The position numbers were made by a program, and so were the translations under genes. From contig UYFQ01000685.1 in assembly GCA_900617105.1 (NCBI GenBank), positions 186,001-208,079 on the forward strand: a DNA stretch of 22,079 nucleotides. Direction: 5' to 3'. The notes beneath the pieces are model-generated. The model was not told the origin of the DNA. It did not search any database and was given only the letters and a program-made list of their open reading frames with translations. Origin of the DNA: Hydrurus foetidus (lineage: Eukaryota). Positions 1-12,234 of this stretch are shown here, one piece after another; positions within the stretch are counted from its first letter, which is position 1, and each line of letters opens with the position of its first letter.

Positions 1-34
1 AGGCTAGCAAAATCTACCCTAGCCAGAACCCCTA
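1..34. mobile_element. Probable terminus (TIR) of a hAT-family element extending off the left edge of the window
   Basis: 19-34 CTAGCCAGAACCCCTA matches the hAT TIR at 20583-20598 (CTAGCCACCATCCCTA) at 13/16 positions and is preceded by a GGCTAGC motif like the subterminal repeats of that element. The partner end is not in the window. Confidence 0.5.
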
Positions 35-406
35 GGTATTACAGTACGAACGTTCCCGTGTCCTGTGTGTTGTCGTCCACAAAAAAAATCTAAAATCTGG
101 GATAAAAATCAACAAACCAACTTTTTTGAATTTTTTCCCCTCTCGGCTTTTTATTTATTTCTATTTTACAAGTAATCGGTGATGTGATTTCGACTTCACA
201 TGCATATGATGATTACCTTCACTCTCTGTAGTGTTTTAATCATAATAAAGTAGCTAGGTTAAGCATCAGACCCGTCAAAAGTGTCTGCGAAAGCATTTGA
301 GGAAACCGCTGCCGATAGCGCAGCTTTGGCGGGTGTCTGTGAGGGCTTGATGTGCAGCGGTGAAACTGATAATTATTTCCATCCACAATCCAGGCCACGA
401 TAGACC

Positions 407-3286
407 ATGTCAATTTCATCAGATGAAGTTAACTACCTGATCTACAGATATCTTCAAGAGAATGGTGTGTACGAGTAATGGTTTTGGTCGATTTTTATGC
501 ATGAAACAAATTGCTTAAAATCTGGTAAATAAATATTTATTTATTAGGTTATTCACATTCAGCATTCACATTTGCGTACGAATCTCTCGTGGCGAAATCA
601 AGCGTCGCACAATCGGATATTCCACCAGGCGCGCTCATAACTTTTTTACAGAAGGGACTTGAATATGTCGGAATCGAAGAGCACATACATGAGGTATGAA
701 TAATAAAATCTCGATGGATAAAGTTATACACCATGACCGCATCATTTGGGCATGGCTTTGAAAATCACGGAGAGCTTTAGCATTTCAATTGAAGGCAATT
801 GGCAGTATCACAAATGGCCAGCTGAATTTAATGTCAAGAAGTTGATGACGATTCATGTGCCGCCATAATAAATATTTGACGCCACGAATTATTGCAACGA
901 CAGGATGGATCCATAAAAGAATTTGAGGCGAATTTCTCGTTGCTATCTCCTTTTATTTGTGATGCAATAGCGACTAAAGACGATAGGAGGACGCGGAGGT
1001 CTTTGAGCACTGCAGATAATCCTAGTTCATCATCATCTGGGCAAGCGAAGGCAGATTTATCAAATGGATCAAGCTCGGAAGCATTTCCTGATGACAAAAA
1101 CGGCTCAATAAAGCCATCAATTATAACTTTGAAGTAAGTACAAACTATGACGGAATATTGGAGTCGCGAAATGACATGATAACTGACGATAAAACATGCC
1201 ATAACGTGAAGTGGTATAACATCGCATGACAGGTCTGACAATGATCGGCCGTTTCTTCAGCTATCGGGACATCAAGGAGAAGTATTCTCGTGCGTATGGA
1301 ATCCTGCAATGTCCCAAGTAGCTTCTGGATCATCGGATGGAATGTGTCGCCTTTGGGGACTGTGGGAAATGACGTCAGAAAAATGGGCATCGGAAGACTC
1401 TGAAATACCCCTGCGTACTGCAATATTGCCACATTCAATGTATGCAGGGGAACGATTCAAAGACGTGACGTCTGTGTCCTGGTGTCCCGATGGGAGGTAT
1501 TTAGCGACAGGGTGCTATGACGGCATGGTGCGTATCTGGGACAACCAGGGGGTGCTTCGCTCTTCCCTAAAAGAACACACCGGACCCGTGTTCTCATTGA
1601 AATGGACGAAACAAGGCAACATAATATTGAGCGGTAGTTACGACCGGAGATCCATTGTGTGGTGTGCCGCCACGGGAACTATTTTGAAGTCTTACATTTT
1701 GCATTCCGCCCCTATATTAGACCTAGATTGGAGGGATTCTGACACTTTTGCGACTTGCTCGAGCGACATGTAAGACCCTTTATCATCTGTGCCATTTCAA
1801 CATTCATCGAATTGGGCTATAAGAATGCAAACTCAAAAAGTCTCAACACAAATGCGCCTATTTGCTTATTTGACGCGTGAATTTGATATCGTCTTGTTCA
1901 ATTTAGCGTCGCTTGACTGTATGCTAGGCCAGAAGAATCACGCACACGTATCTGTGATGTCAACATTGCATCCTTCAGTGTGATCGATTCCATCCTTCCT
2001 TCCTCATCCCTCCTATCTCTCTCTACCTATTTTCTTTTTCATCTCCCAAGGTCGATCCACGTATGCAGTGTATCGTCCCCTAGTCTGACAGCAATACGCA
2101 CCTTCACCGGGCATACCGATGAAGTCAATGGTGTATGTTGGTCTCCTGGTGGGATTTTCTTAGCATCTTGTAGCGATGATAGCACAGCTAAAATATGGAC
2201 TTTAGATACATCCGATCCCAATTCATCGGACGGTTTGATACATGATCTCCGAGGACACAGCAAAGAAATCTATACGGTTCGTTGGACTCCTACCGGTCCC
2301 TGTTCTGTGAATCCGGATAAGCCTCTACTACTATGCACTGCATCGTTTGACGGTACAGTAAAGGTACGACTGAGAAGTATTCAGTGCCACACTTACTGTG
2401 TTGCGTATAGAGGTGCTACTCAATGTCAATCCATCAGTCTATGATGTCTCCTTACATTCATTGACTCACTGCATATGTGCTATATCAAATCAGATAGCAT
2501 TACTTTTCCTAATGTCGATATTTCCGTCACTTTTCTTATCATCCAAGACAAGTCTAATTAACATTCATTATATAACTATCATTATCATACTGTATGCTTC
2601 TTGTCATCTTACACGCTTATCATTATCTTCCATACTGATTATTATCTTATTACATTTCCATTTTATTCAGGCGTGGAGTGCTATTACAGGAGAAGTGGTG
2701 TTTAATTTGAGGCGGCAAGCGCAACCGGTTTATAGCATTGCTCCGAGTCCCACTGGTGAGTTGCAATTCCGATTCATATTCTGATGCACATCTGATGGTG
2801 TAACACTTTTGTTTCCATCAAATTAGGCACGTGTTGCACTAATGACTTGTCTATCATTGACTGAAGTCATCACCATGGCAATTGATTGTTAAGGAATTGT
2901 AAACTGATTCACCACTTCGTCCCTCAACACCGCTGACGCAATAGTTTAAAACACCACTTTTGACTTATTACTCTAGGCGATTTTATAGCTACCGGTTCTC
3001 TCGGGGGATTTGTGTCGGTATGGTCTTTACGTGATGGATCTCTGGTACGTTCTCCTGTGTGGGGCAATCGCATAGATGGGTGTCTGAGTGGTTTTACAAC
3101 GCTTCATTATTTGGCGGTCTGCAGTGTAGTTCAGTGCAGAACGGTGGAATGGAGCAGAGAACAGTGCAGTACAGTAGAGCGATATTTGATATGTTGTGAC
3201 ATAGTGACGTGTTGTTTAGCAAAGAACGATTGGCTGCCTCTTATTACAATTATCATCCTTCAATCATATCTCGTGTTCCTCATCCT

Positions 3287-3346
<60 letters not shown>

Positions 3347-3646
3347 TATCTCATATTTTCTTTATCTCCTCCCTTTCTTTTCTTCTCCCGTCTTCTTTTC
3401 TTTTTTAAGATCCACGAGTCGAAGGGCAGCGGTGATACTTTTGATGTGTCATGGAGCCAAGATGCAACCATGCTCTGTGCGTGTTTCTCCTCTGGTCTCC
3501 TTCAAGTCATAGACTACTCGACTATTTTGCCATCAAATTCCCATCCACATTCCAAGTCTAGTTCGAACCTAATCTCCAATTCTCACTCTAATTCTCACCT
3601 CAATAATGTTCATGTTCCTATGGTTAACGGCTCATCGCTATCCTAA
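407..3646 (+). CDS. TBL1: TBL1/TBL1XR1 (Ebi/HOS15/Sif2)-like LisH + WD40 repeat protein, about 557 aa, 8 exons
   Basis: Exons 407-464, 548-693, 904-1133, 1233-1769, 2051-2363, 2671-2755, 2977-3044, 3410-3646 join in frame through GT-AG introns (1674 nt). The N-terminus MSISSDEVNYLIYRYLQENGYSHSAFTF...IPPGALITFLQKGLEY is the TBL1-family LisH region. WD40 repeats include GHQGEVFSCVWNP, KDVTSVSWCPDGRYLATGCYDG, HTGPVFSLKW, GHTDEVNGVCWSP and GHSKEIYTVRWTPTGP. Confidence 0.93.
3285..3347 (+). repeat. (TTTC)n microsatellite in the last TBL1 intron
   Basis: About 15 tandem TTTC units, read directly, inside intron 3045-3409. Confidence 0.95.
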
Positions 3647-4612
3647 GTCCTTAAGGGACCATTTTATTCGGTCTATTCTATGAGCGTATGTTTGGTCTAT
3701 TGTGAGAGGCTGATAAGGCGTGAAATGTTACAATTATTTCATCTTTTACACTCCATCCCTCCTCCCCACCCGCCCAGTCACTCATAAACTGGAAAGGAAA
3801 ATAGCTCAGTTCAACGAAACGCAAATACCCTCCACCCTACTTGGACCGTAACCACGGTCTTACACGGATGTTTTGAACCGGATACTTCTGTGCCCGAGAA
3901 CCATCCACAGACGAACGTACGTTCCGTGCACCAACTGTGCGGTCAGGGAGCAGTAGGATAAGTCCGAATTGCGATAGTTTATACGAATGCTACTGTTAGC
4001 TCATGACGTGACATTACCTACCGATCTAATCTATACGGTGTGAACGTCATGTCATGTCATGTCACTTGGTGCACAGACTTAGCCTAGATCTATAGATATT
4101 GATGGACCTTAATTTTATTGACCATAAGAAAGATGATTTTCATTTCGAATTGATTTTTTTCGAACTTCTGACTGGCTAGTGAAATGTGACCGAATTTTGT
4201 ATCCGCGAGATTTCAATAACTCTTGTGGAAAACAGTGGCCACATCCCGATAGCAACTAACATTGTATTATTTCTGAGTTAATCACAGTGAAATACGTATC
4301 CCGCTATCTATCTTGAAGCTTGAAGTAAACCGAAGGAGAGTAGTACGACATTCCCAGATAAGGTTCTGGTTCCAACAATTATACCGGAGACCAGTCTGGG
4401 ATTTATAATTTTTACGGACGAACAGATCGATCGATCGGTAGATAGACGATTATTTGAAATATTTGATTTTGTGAGGCACTTTTTAGAAATTGACGCGTAT
4501 TGGTAATCCCTTCAGTACTAGTAGGAGACTTCAGGATAAGCCAATTCGAAAGTTGAGTGAACCTAGTTCCTATTGCAAAATTGGATAGCAGCGAGATCTG
4601 AACTTATTGCCA

Positions 4613-6419
4613 ATGAGTCAATTACAGCAACCCGAAGTATCAGAGAAAAAGGATGCTGACAAAAAGAAGTGCGAATTGTCCATCCACCATCATTGCATGT
4701 ACAAGAACGATCTAAATTCTATTAATCTGATTGTGCGCTGCCGCCATCTTAATTCGAATCTCGTAGGACATTTTCCACAGCCTTAAAAGACTACTCCAAA
4801 AACATTGCGATATGGGGAGGATTTCTGACAAGTTCCCTCGTTGTTTACTTCCTTTTTTCCAGCGGCGACTTCAGCTTTCTACTGGTACATTTTATTTATG
4901 TTTGCTTCCGCTTCCCTTCAGTCGATTACATCTGCTCTTCTTACATCCGTCATGATAATCATCACACCTCAGACCTACGCATCTTTCATGAGATGTTTTG
5001 GGTTCGGCTTATTGAACTTTAAAATGTGGTCGAGCAAAAGTGCAAAGGGTGTTTCTCTTAAGACCCTAGAACTCTATGCACTAACTTTCCTGGTTAGATT
5101 GCTGTCCATAATGAGACATCAGGGATACTTGCCTTTCGACAAATCTGGAGATTGGTTCTACCATACGGTGAGGAGTTATGTCGTTTGCAAAATTACCTAA
5201 ATCACCGAAGTCGATCTCCATATGATACTCTTTAGAAAAAGTTATAGATGCACAATTTCGAATGCTTTATTCCCATGGACATTGATTCAAACCTATTTCT
5301 TCTCAGGTGGAATTCATCAGTCTCCTATCGACAATTCTTGCCATATACGGCGTGATGGGGCCACTAATGCCAACATACGAGGAGAAATATGATAAATTCG
5401 GAAACCTTCATATTCCTAACGAGCTAGGAGTGGCTTACTGTGTGGTGCCGTGTGCGATTTTGGCGGTGGTGTTCCACCCGTACGTACTGCCAATTGATGA
5501 AATTTGAAATTCCTATTTACCATTCTCTGCTATTCCTAAACAAAACTCAGATAGTAATGATACCAATATGACAACATATCATTAAACAGTACATTGAATC
5601 GAGAGTGGCTATCGGATATCTGCTGGACCTACTCAATGTACCTCGAAGCTGCCGCCATGCTCCCCCAAATTTTCATGTTTCAAAAACAGGCCGGAGACCA
5701 GGGTGGTGTTGTTGAGGTACATTTACAGCTTGTCTTCTGAATTGACTGTGGTGCTGTAATTGTGCAATTTTATTTAGCTGATTTAATGTTCATTTCGATT
5801 TTGCAGAATATTATCTCTAGTACGTATATTTGTACTGCACAAAGTGCTACACCTTTTACTGACAATATCAATTCCGTGTATTCTATTGCAAGGCTCTCAT
5901 TGGCCACACGGTTTTCGCTCTCGGATTCTCAAGAGTGTTCGAGCTCATCTTTTGGGTGGGATCTTTTCGGTACGTACGTATGTGAAACATGTTGTATTAA
6001 AGGATTCGCTTATTCGTTCCTGTTTCTTTCGACAAATTTCCCTTAGAAAAAGTGTTTTTTCTAACGTATGGTTATCACGGAAAAATTCAAATTACTATCA
6101 GAGTTCCGAGAAAAAATTGTCCCTCTTACTTTTCTTTTTACTTCTTTTTATTTTCGATGAGTACATTTATTTGACTGTTTTCAAATCTCCTTCGAAAAAT
6201 TTCGGGCGCTATCTTCTTAATTTTTAAATTGTTTCAATATTTTTGTCTTGTAGCGAGCTATCCGATCACGCTGGATCAAGGATGCCTGGATATATCGTCC
6301 TAATATCTCAAGTTGGGCACTTGATAGTAATGGGAGACTTCTTTTATTATTACTTCACGGCACTCTCAAAAGGCGTACCTATGAAACTCCCAGTAGTCAA
6401 CTATTCTACATCAGTGTAA
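4613..6419 (+). CDS. ER lumen protein-retaining receptor family protein (ERD2/KDEL receptor-related, type with an extra N-terminal TM segment), about 303 aa, 7 exons
   Basis: Exons 4613-4668, 4767-4884, 4973-5167, 5307-5479, 5590-5716, 5893-5969, 6254-6419 join in frame (912 nt). Motifs: KSAKGVSLKTLELY, GYLPFDKSGDWFY, WTYSMYLEAAAMLPQIFMFQ, GDFFYYYF. Confidence 0.9.
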
Positions 6420-6932
6420 AATTTCGTGCATTTTAAAAAGGAGGAGGATAAATTGTTTTGCTTTACTCGGATATCTTTAGTTTCTATGAAGAGTTTTTTT
6501 CTTTAATTAATGATTGGTTGTACTTCCAAAGATCAGCTTCATCAAATGCGCACACTTGATATCGTTTACTTCGCTACAAGAATGTTCCACAGCGTAACTA
6601 TGATCTAATGACATATGGAATTTGGATAGGTACACCAATAATTCGTACAACATGATCCAGAATTCATTTCAGACAAGATCCAGAGTCTGACTGTGTGCCG
6701 TGTGTGTGTGTGTGAATATGACAGCACATCCAACATCCAACTCCAAAATCCATGTGATACGGGATACGGTATCGATACAATCTATCTCATCTCGCAACAA
6801 GTGTCACCCACTGAAGTCCATCATAGCACGATCTTTGGAGAGCCTGGGGATAGCGCACTTTCGTCCTATCGAGCCTCAATCGTCGCAATTTCCTGTAACA
6901 GCAGTGAGTGCAGATTTGTTGGAGATTAACAA

Positions 6933-9900
6933 ATGTTCACTCCACCTCTTTCACCGTCAGCAACCATGTCTACTCCTCATCCACGTCCAACCAAAACACC
7001 TTCAGCCAACTCTCCCTCTGATGACTTAGAGGTGATATACTGCAATCGCTGTTGTTGCATTGTGAAGATGTATGTCATTCTATGTGGATAATCTGCTCTA
7101 AATGAAGCACTCATTTCTATGGTACATCTCTTTGCAAACACTAATGAATACGTATCACATCTACTTCTGTGGTAGACAATGGTTCTATCTCCGATTGCTG
7201 TGACAGATAAAGATGTCCGCCATCCAGCTGTCAATACTGCAGTGGAGGTGTTTAAGGGAGCTTTGTCACGTGTTTTATCGATACCGCTTGCGAGGAGCAC
7301 AGTAGGAATAAATTTTCCTGACATCGGCCATGTGAGAATGACACTACATATAGGAAGATCAGAGCCCGTTACAGAAGCTGAGCTGCAGAAAGTTGTGGAG
7401 CTATCGAATCAGAAAGTCGCAGACAACGTCCCATGTACTGTTGTCCAGATGACTCGCCAAGAAGCTGAGGCACTACACGGTCAAGACATTTACGACAAGA
7501 TAGATGTGAGATAACAAACTCCGAACGAGACAAGGATAATGCTGACTAAATAATTGCTATCTCCGATTATTACTGATTTATTGAAATCAATTGTCTTGCA
7601 GGTACCAGCACACATTTCTCAACTCTCAATTGCAAGCATTCCGGATTGGAATGTGCACTGCACACCCCATCCTCAAGTGTGTTTTACAGGCGATCTAGGA
7701 ACGTTCAGTCTCGTAGGAGTACCTAAATTTCAAGCAGCGAAACAGGAGCTCACAATTGAGTTTAAAATAGAAGGTTACAACACTCAGCAACCAACATCAG
7801 AATCAACAAAAACATCAAAACCTTCTGAGAATCAAAAAGCTGTTAAAAAAGAACAAATTGTTGACCCATGGACAGTAGAAAGTGATGAGTCGATTGACTA
7901 TGACAAGCTTATACAGCAATTTGGGAGTCAAAGATTGACCATGGACTTAGTTGAGAGAATGGAAAAACTGACGGGAAAAAAAGCACATCGATTCCTACGA
8001 AGGGAAATATTCTTTTCTCACAGAGATTTAAAAGAAATGTTAGATCTATATGAGGCGGGAAAGAAGTTTTATCTTTACACTGGACGAGGACCTTCGAGCG
8101 AATCTCTTCATTTAGGACACACCATTCCTTTTCATTTTACGAAATGGCTGCAGGATGCGTTCGACTGTCCTTTAGTTATCCAGCTGACAGATGATGAGAA
8201 GTTCTTATTTAAACCTGAATTAAAGCTTGAAGAATGTCACAGGTATAGTTTTTCAGTATATTATTTAAATGCACAATATTCTACGCCATTTTATTCCGTT
8301 TTAATTTATTCTGCTCTATTTATTTTATTTTATTTGTTGTTCTCTTCAACTTACGTCTGTCCAAACTAACATATTATTTCTTTTCTTTAATGTGTAAGCA
8401 CCACCACATTTCATTTACTACTACCCTCACTTCACGAACACAAACTGCGAATGTCTGTGTCTCATGTTATCTTGATCTAATACGACATCTAATCTACTGA
8501 TCATCATCTAATTCGGTAGATTGGCGTATGAGAACGCCAAGGACATAATCGCCTGTGGATTTGACGTGAAAAAGACTTTCATGTTCACCGATCTCGACTA
8601 TATACAACACATGTATCCGACAATTCTTAAGATTCAAAAATTCACTACGTATAATCAGGTATTATATCGTATCGCATGTAAACATTTTGTATTTTGCTAG
8701 TCACTGTCTGTTGATTACTGGTGTATGTAGCAGGATTATGTTAGCCTTAATATGAAGATGACCCGAATTTACATGATATCCGAACCGTTACTAACTTGCA
8801 CTTTATTTCCAGAAATTGCTGTTCTTTCTCCATGACAAAATCTATCTAAATATCCACCATAATTTCTCTTCTAATTTGTCCATCGTACGCCAGCTATCTT
8901 AAAACTGTATTAATTTCCTCAATATAATCAGGTCAGGGCAATATTTGGATTTACCGCATCTGATAATATCGGGAAAACAGCATTTCCCGCTGTACAAGCG
9001 TGTCCTGCATTTCCGAGTACGTTTCATATTCCCCTTAAAGGATCCATGGACATGCCCTGCTTGATTCCATGTGCGATAGATCAGGTGAGACCTGTAGTCA
9101 GGTTCCATGCATGAGACCTTGGGTCAGATGCTTTTTTACACGCATGCACCGGATGTGAAGTCTTCTATGTAAATATCTAGTTTCTGATCATGTTTCGTAT
9201 GTGTTTTCCATCCCAACGATTACGCATTTCCTTCACTATTCCACAAAGTGTAGCAGTCAATTCATCGTTGTGAAATGATCACAAGTAAATGCTACTACAC
9301 ATCGATATCTTGTAAGTACTCACATCGTCCACATCTGTACGTGCAGGATGCATATTTCCGCATGACCCGTGACGTGGCACCTAGAATGGGATTTCGCAAA
9401 CCCGCCCTCATCCACAGCAAGTTCTTCCCCCCACTTCAAGTACGTATGCGATTTTCTGAAACTGTATTACACCGTATGAACTGCATCCCGTTCATTTCTA
9501 TTCTTTTACACTAACAGACCGGAATATTGGGAGGAGGGTTCATATTACTCTTACTTAATGAACATCTTGCTAAGCATCAGTAACAGTAATATCCCTTTCT
9601 ACCTCCCTTCCCGCTCTTGGATTTATTGGCACCTTCTACAATTCCTCTTAAATCCTCTTCAATTTCATCTCCATTCTCCCAAGCATCATTTTACCTGTAC
9701 TCCTTTCCCCTTCTCTCCTACCCTTCGTTATCCATCTCTTCTCCTACCGCTCTTCCCCCTTCTCCTCTCCTCTTTTACACTTACTTCCCCTCTACCCTTC
9801 TCAATGTCTCTTATTCACCCCACAGGGCAGAGGCGGCAAGATGAGTGGGTCCATCGGTAACAGTGCAGTATTCTTAACTGACACACCCAAACAGGTCATA

Positions 9901-11650
9901 ACATGTACATCTACATATCCCATTGCATTGCACTCCTTTTCGTTGCATTGCGCTTCATACCATTCCGTTTGCGTTTAAATCCATCGCATTGCCTTCCTTC
10001 ATATTCTGATTTAACAATTATTGAATTGCATTGCATTACACTGCGAAGCCTAGTTAATTTTGTGTTGAAATTTCTCCATTTGAATTCTCGGACAATTCGT
10101 AGTTCTATGCAGATGCTCCGTACACCACTACATTTCACCTCGCACTTATATCCTCTTCTTCTCATGTCTGATTCATGTCTAACTCAACTTCTGTTCGATT
10201 TTTTATAAGAGGATATTCATCTGCTATTCTGCCTGGTTGTTGTTAGACTGGATGTGTACCAATGTATGCGTCCCTAGGCATCCCCTTTAGTCAAATTAAT
10301 GGCGCAAAACACAATTAGGAATCAACGACTTCAGTGACTCACATTGCACTGCACCGAAAATATGAATTGCTGTTGCCTTAATAATTAAACTAGATAGTAA
10401 AGATCATCAACAAATGAATAACATTATAATCAGTATCTGTACGACATATAAATATTTTGACGTTCTATGAATGATGCTCTTACTCCTCTTAGATCAAAGA
10501 CAAGATAAACAAACACGCTTTCAGTGGAGGCAAAGACACAATGGAACAGCAGAGATTACTTGGCGCAGATCTCTCAGTAGATGTGTCTTGGGAATGGTAT
10601 GTACATCATGTGTACGTACGTGACTGTGATGTCGAGTGGTGTGGTGTTATTTGATGCAATAAGCTGTTAAATCATATCACGTCATTGATGTGTTGTGTGT
10701 GCCGATATTTTGGTAGGTGGAATAATGTGCCATTAAGTGATTGTCCTGTTATTATAATGTTTGTTACACTCTTTGCTGCATTATTCCCCGAGGTTGTGTT
10801 GTATTGTATTGTATTGTGTTGTGTTGTATTGTATTGTATTGTGTTGTGTTGTGTTGTATTGTATTGTATTGTGTTGTATCGATTAGCATGCTGACTGTGA
10901 TCCTCATTGAGATGTGTGTCATCTGCACGCATGTGCTGGAAGTAGAGCATGATTGTTGCGAGGTGATGGAAGACATACTGTAGTAGGCGAGAAAAGCTAT
11001 TGAAGAGGGTGGCTAGACGTATCCGTCACATCATCACGACTTCACACACATTCTCATCTTCCTCTCTGTGCTCCTAAACATGGATGGAAAATGCACCTAT
11101 CCACTGCTCTAATATAGATACTGTACGTTGATCAATCTAACAGGCTCAGTTTTTTCTTGGAAGATGATGATTTGTTGGCCGATATTGGCCGGAAATACGG
11201 TTCCGGTGAAATGCTTACGGGTGAAATCAAGAAAATTCTTATCGGCGTACTTACGGTACGTTCGTTCGTATTCGTTCTTCATCCTCGGTTGTGTTTTATT
11301 GCTTCTTGTCGTCTTGCTTGGCACCATGTAATTTGTCATACTTAAATCACTTGGAAAATATTTGACTCACTGACATAGTATGACAACTGTGCATTTTGCG
11401 ACTAAATATCTCCTCATACACTGATTTATATAAAGAGGCTTCTAGGCGAGATATCTGGATGTATGTTTCTTCTCAACGTTGTGATAAGTCGATGTCACAT
11501 TTGACTAACTCATCAACGAACGCATAACTTCTATATTTGTCACTGGATTTCATCCATTAGGAATTAGTCGGGGAACACCAAGCGAGAAGGGATCTGGTTA
11601 CTCAGGAAATAGTCGATCAGTTCTTTGCTGTCAGACCGCTTGACTTCTGA
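6933..11650 (+). CDS. WARS: Tryptophanyl-tRNA synthetase, eukaryotic cytosolic type, with N-terminal AlaX-like domain; about 609 aa, 10 exons
   Basis: Exons 6933-7031, 7176-7505, 7602-8242, 8520-8658, 8932-9084, 9347-9439, 9826-9894, 10493-10596, 11144-11255, 11561-11650 join in frame (1830 nt). Motifs: [36 protein letters not shown] (HIGH), [35 protein letters not shown] (KMSKS), [20 protein letters not shown]. The start codon is uncertain (in-frame ATGs at 6933, 6966 and 7179). Confidence 0.95.
10794..10879 (+). repeat. Compound pentanucleotide microsatellite (TTGTA/TTGTG)n in a TrpRS intron
   Basis: About 17 tandem TTGTA/TTGTG units inside intron 10597-11143. Confidence 0.93.
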
Positions 11651-12234
11651 GGGAAGAAAGAAAAGTAAAAAGAAAAGGAAAAAAAGAAGAGGGTTGGAAA
11701 GAAGGAGGCATGGAGGAAAGAGTTGGACAGGATAAAAAATGGGAGGATGGACTGAAGAATGAACGACAAGACATTATTTTGATGCAGATTTACTGCTTTG
11801 ATGTACTAAAGATATCGACTGTTTTTGCTTTACTTGAAGGTTGTCATGGGTTATTTATTTGATTTTGATTGTATAGTGTTTTAGTCTCTTCATGAGCACA
11901 GACATTGACTGAATCATGGTGCTGATATGCTACCTGGTAGAGATTTGAGTTTTTCAATTCCACCATCGTTACATTGCGCAGTCCCTGCATCGACCTCAGA
12001 CTTGATTTCGTTTGCGGTATGGCAGCCGCAGACTTCCACGGTTTTAAAAGTTCCGAGTTCCTTACTGTAGAACTCATCTGAAATGAATTGGAAGCTTTTC
12101 AGTGCCATGAAACATTCCTCGACCTCGGCAAATAAATACTGAGGAATTTTGAAGTCATCTTGTGAACAAAGGTAACCTGAACGATCGGTAGATTCTTCGG
12201 TTATTTCATCTGATGAAACCATCAGTTTGATGGT

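Noticed and set aside
6693..7029. ORFs of 78 and 109 aa upstream of TrpRS
   Set aside because: They start at non-ATG codons within a short GT repeat, show no motifs, and the longer one overlaps TrpRS exon 1 out of frame.
10672..10983. Four overlapping ORFs with NTIQY or VLYCI repeats
   Set aside because: They are artefacts of the pentamer microsatellite inside a TrpRS intron.
11914..12222. 102-aa minus-strand ORF divergent from the EF-hand gene
   Set aside because: It has no recognisable motif, and its ATG is only 12 bp from the EF-hand ATG, leaving no room for promoters or UTRs. It cannot be fully excluded without RNA data.
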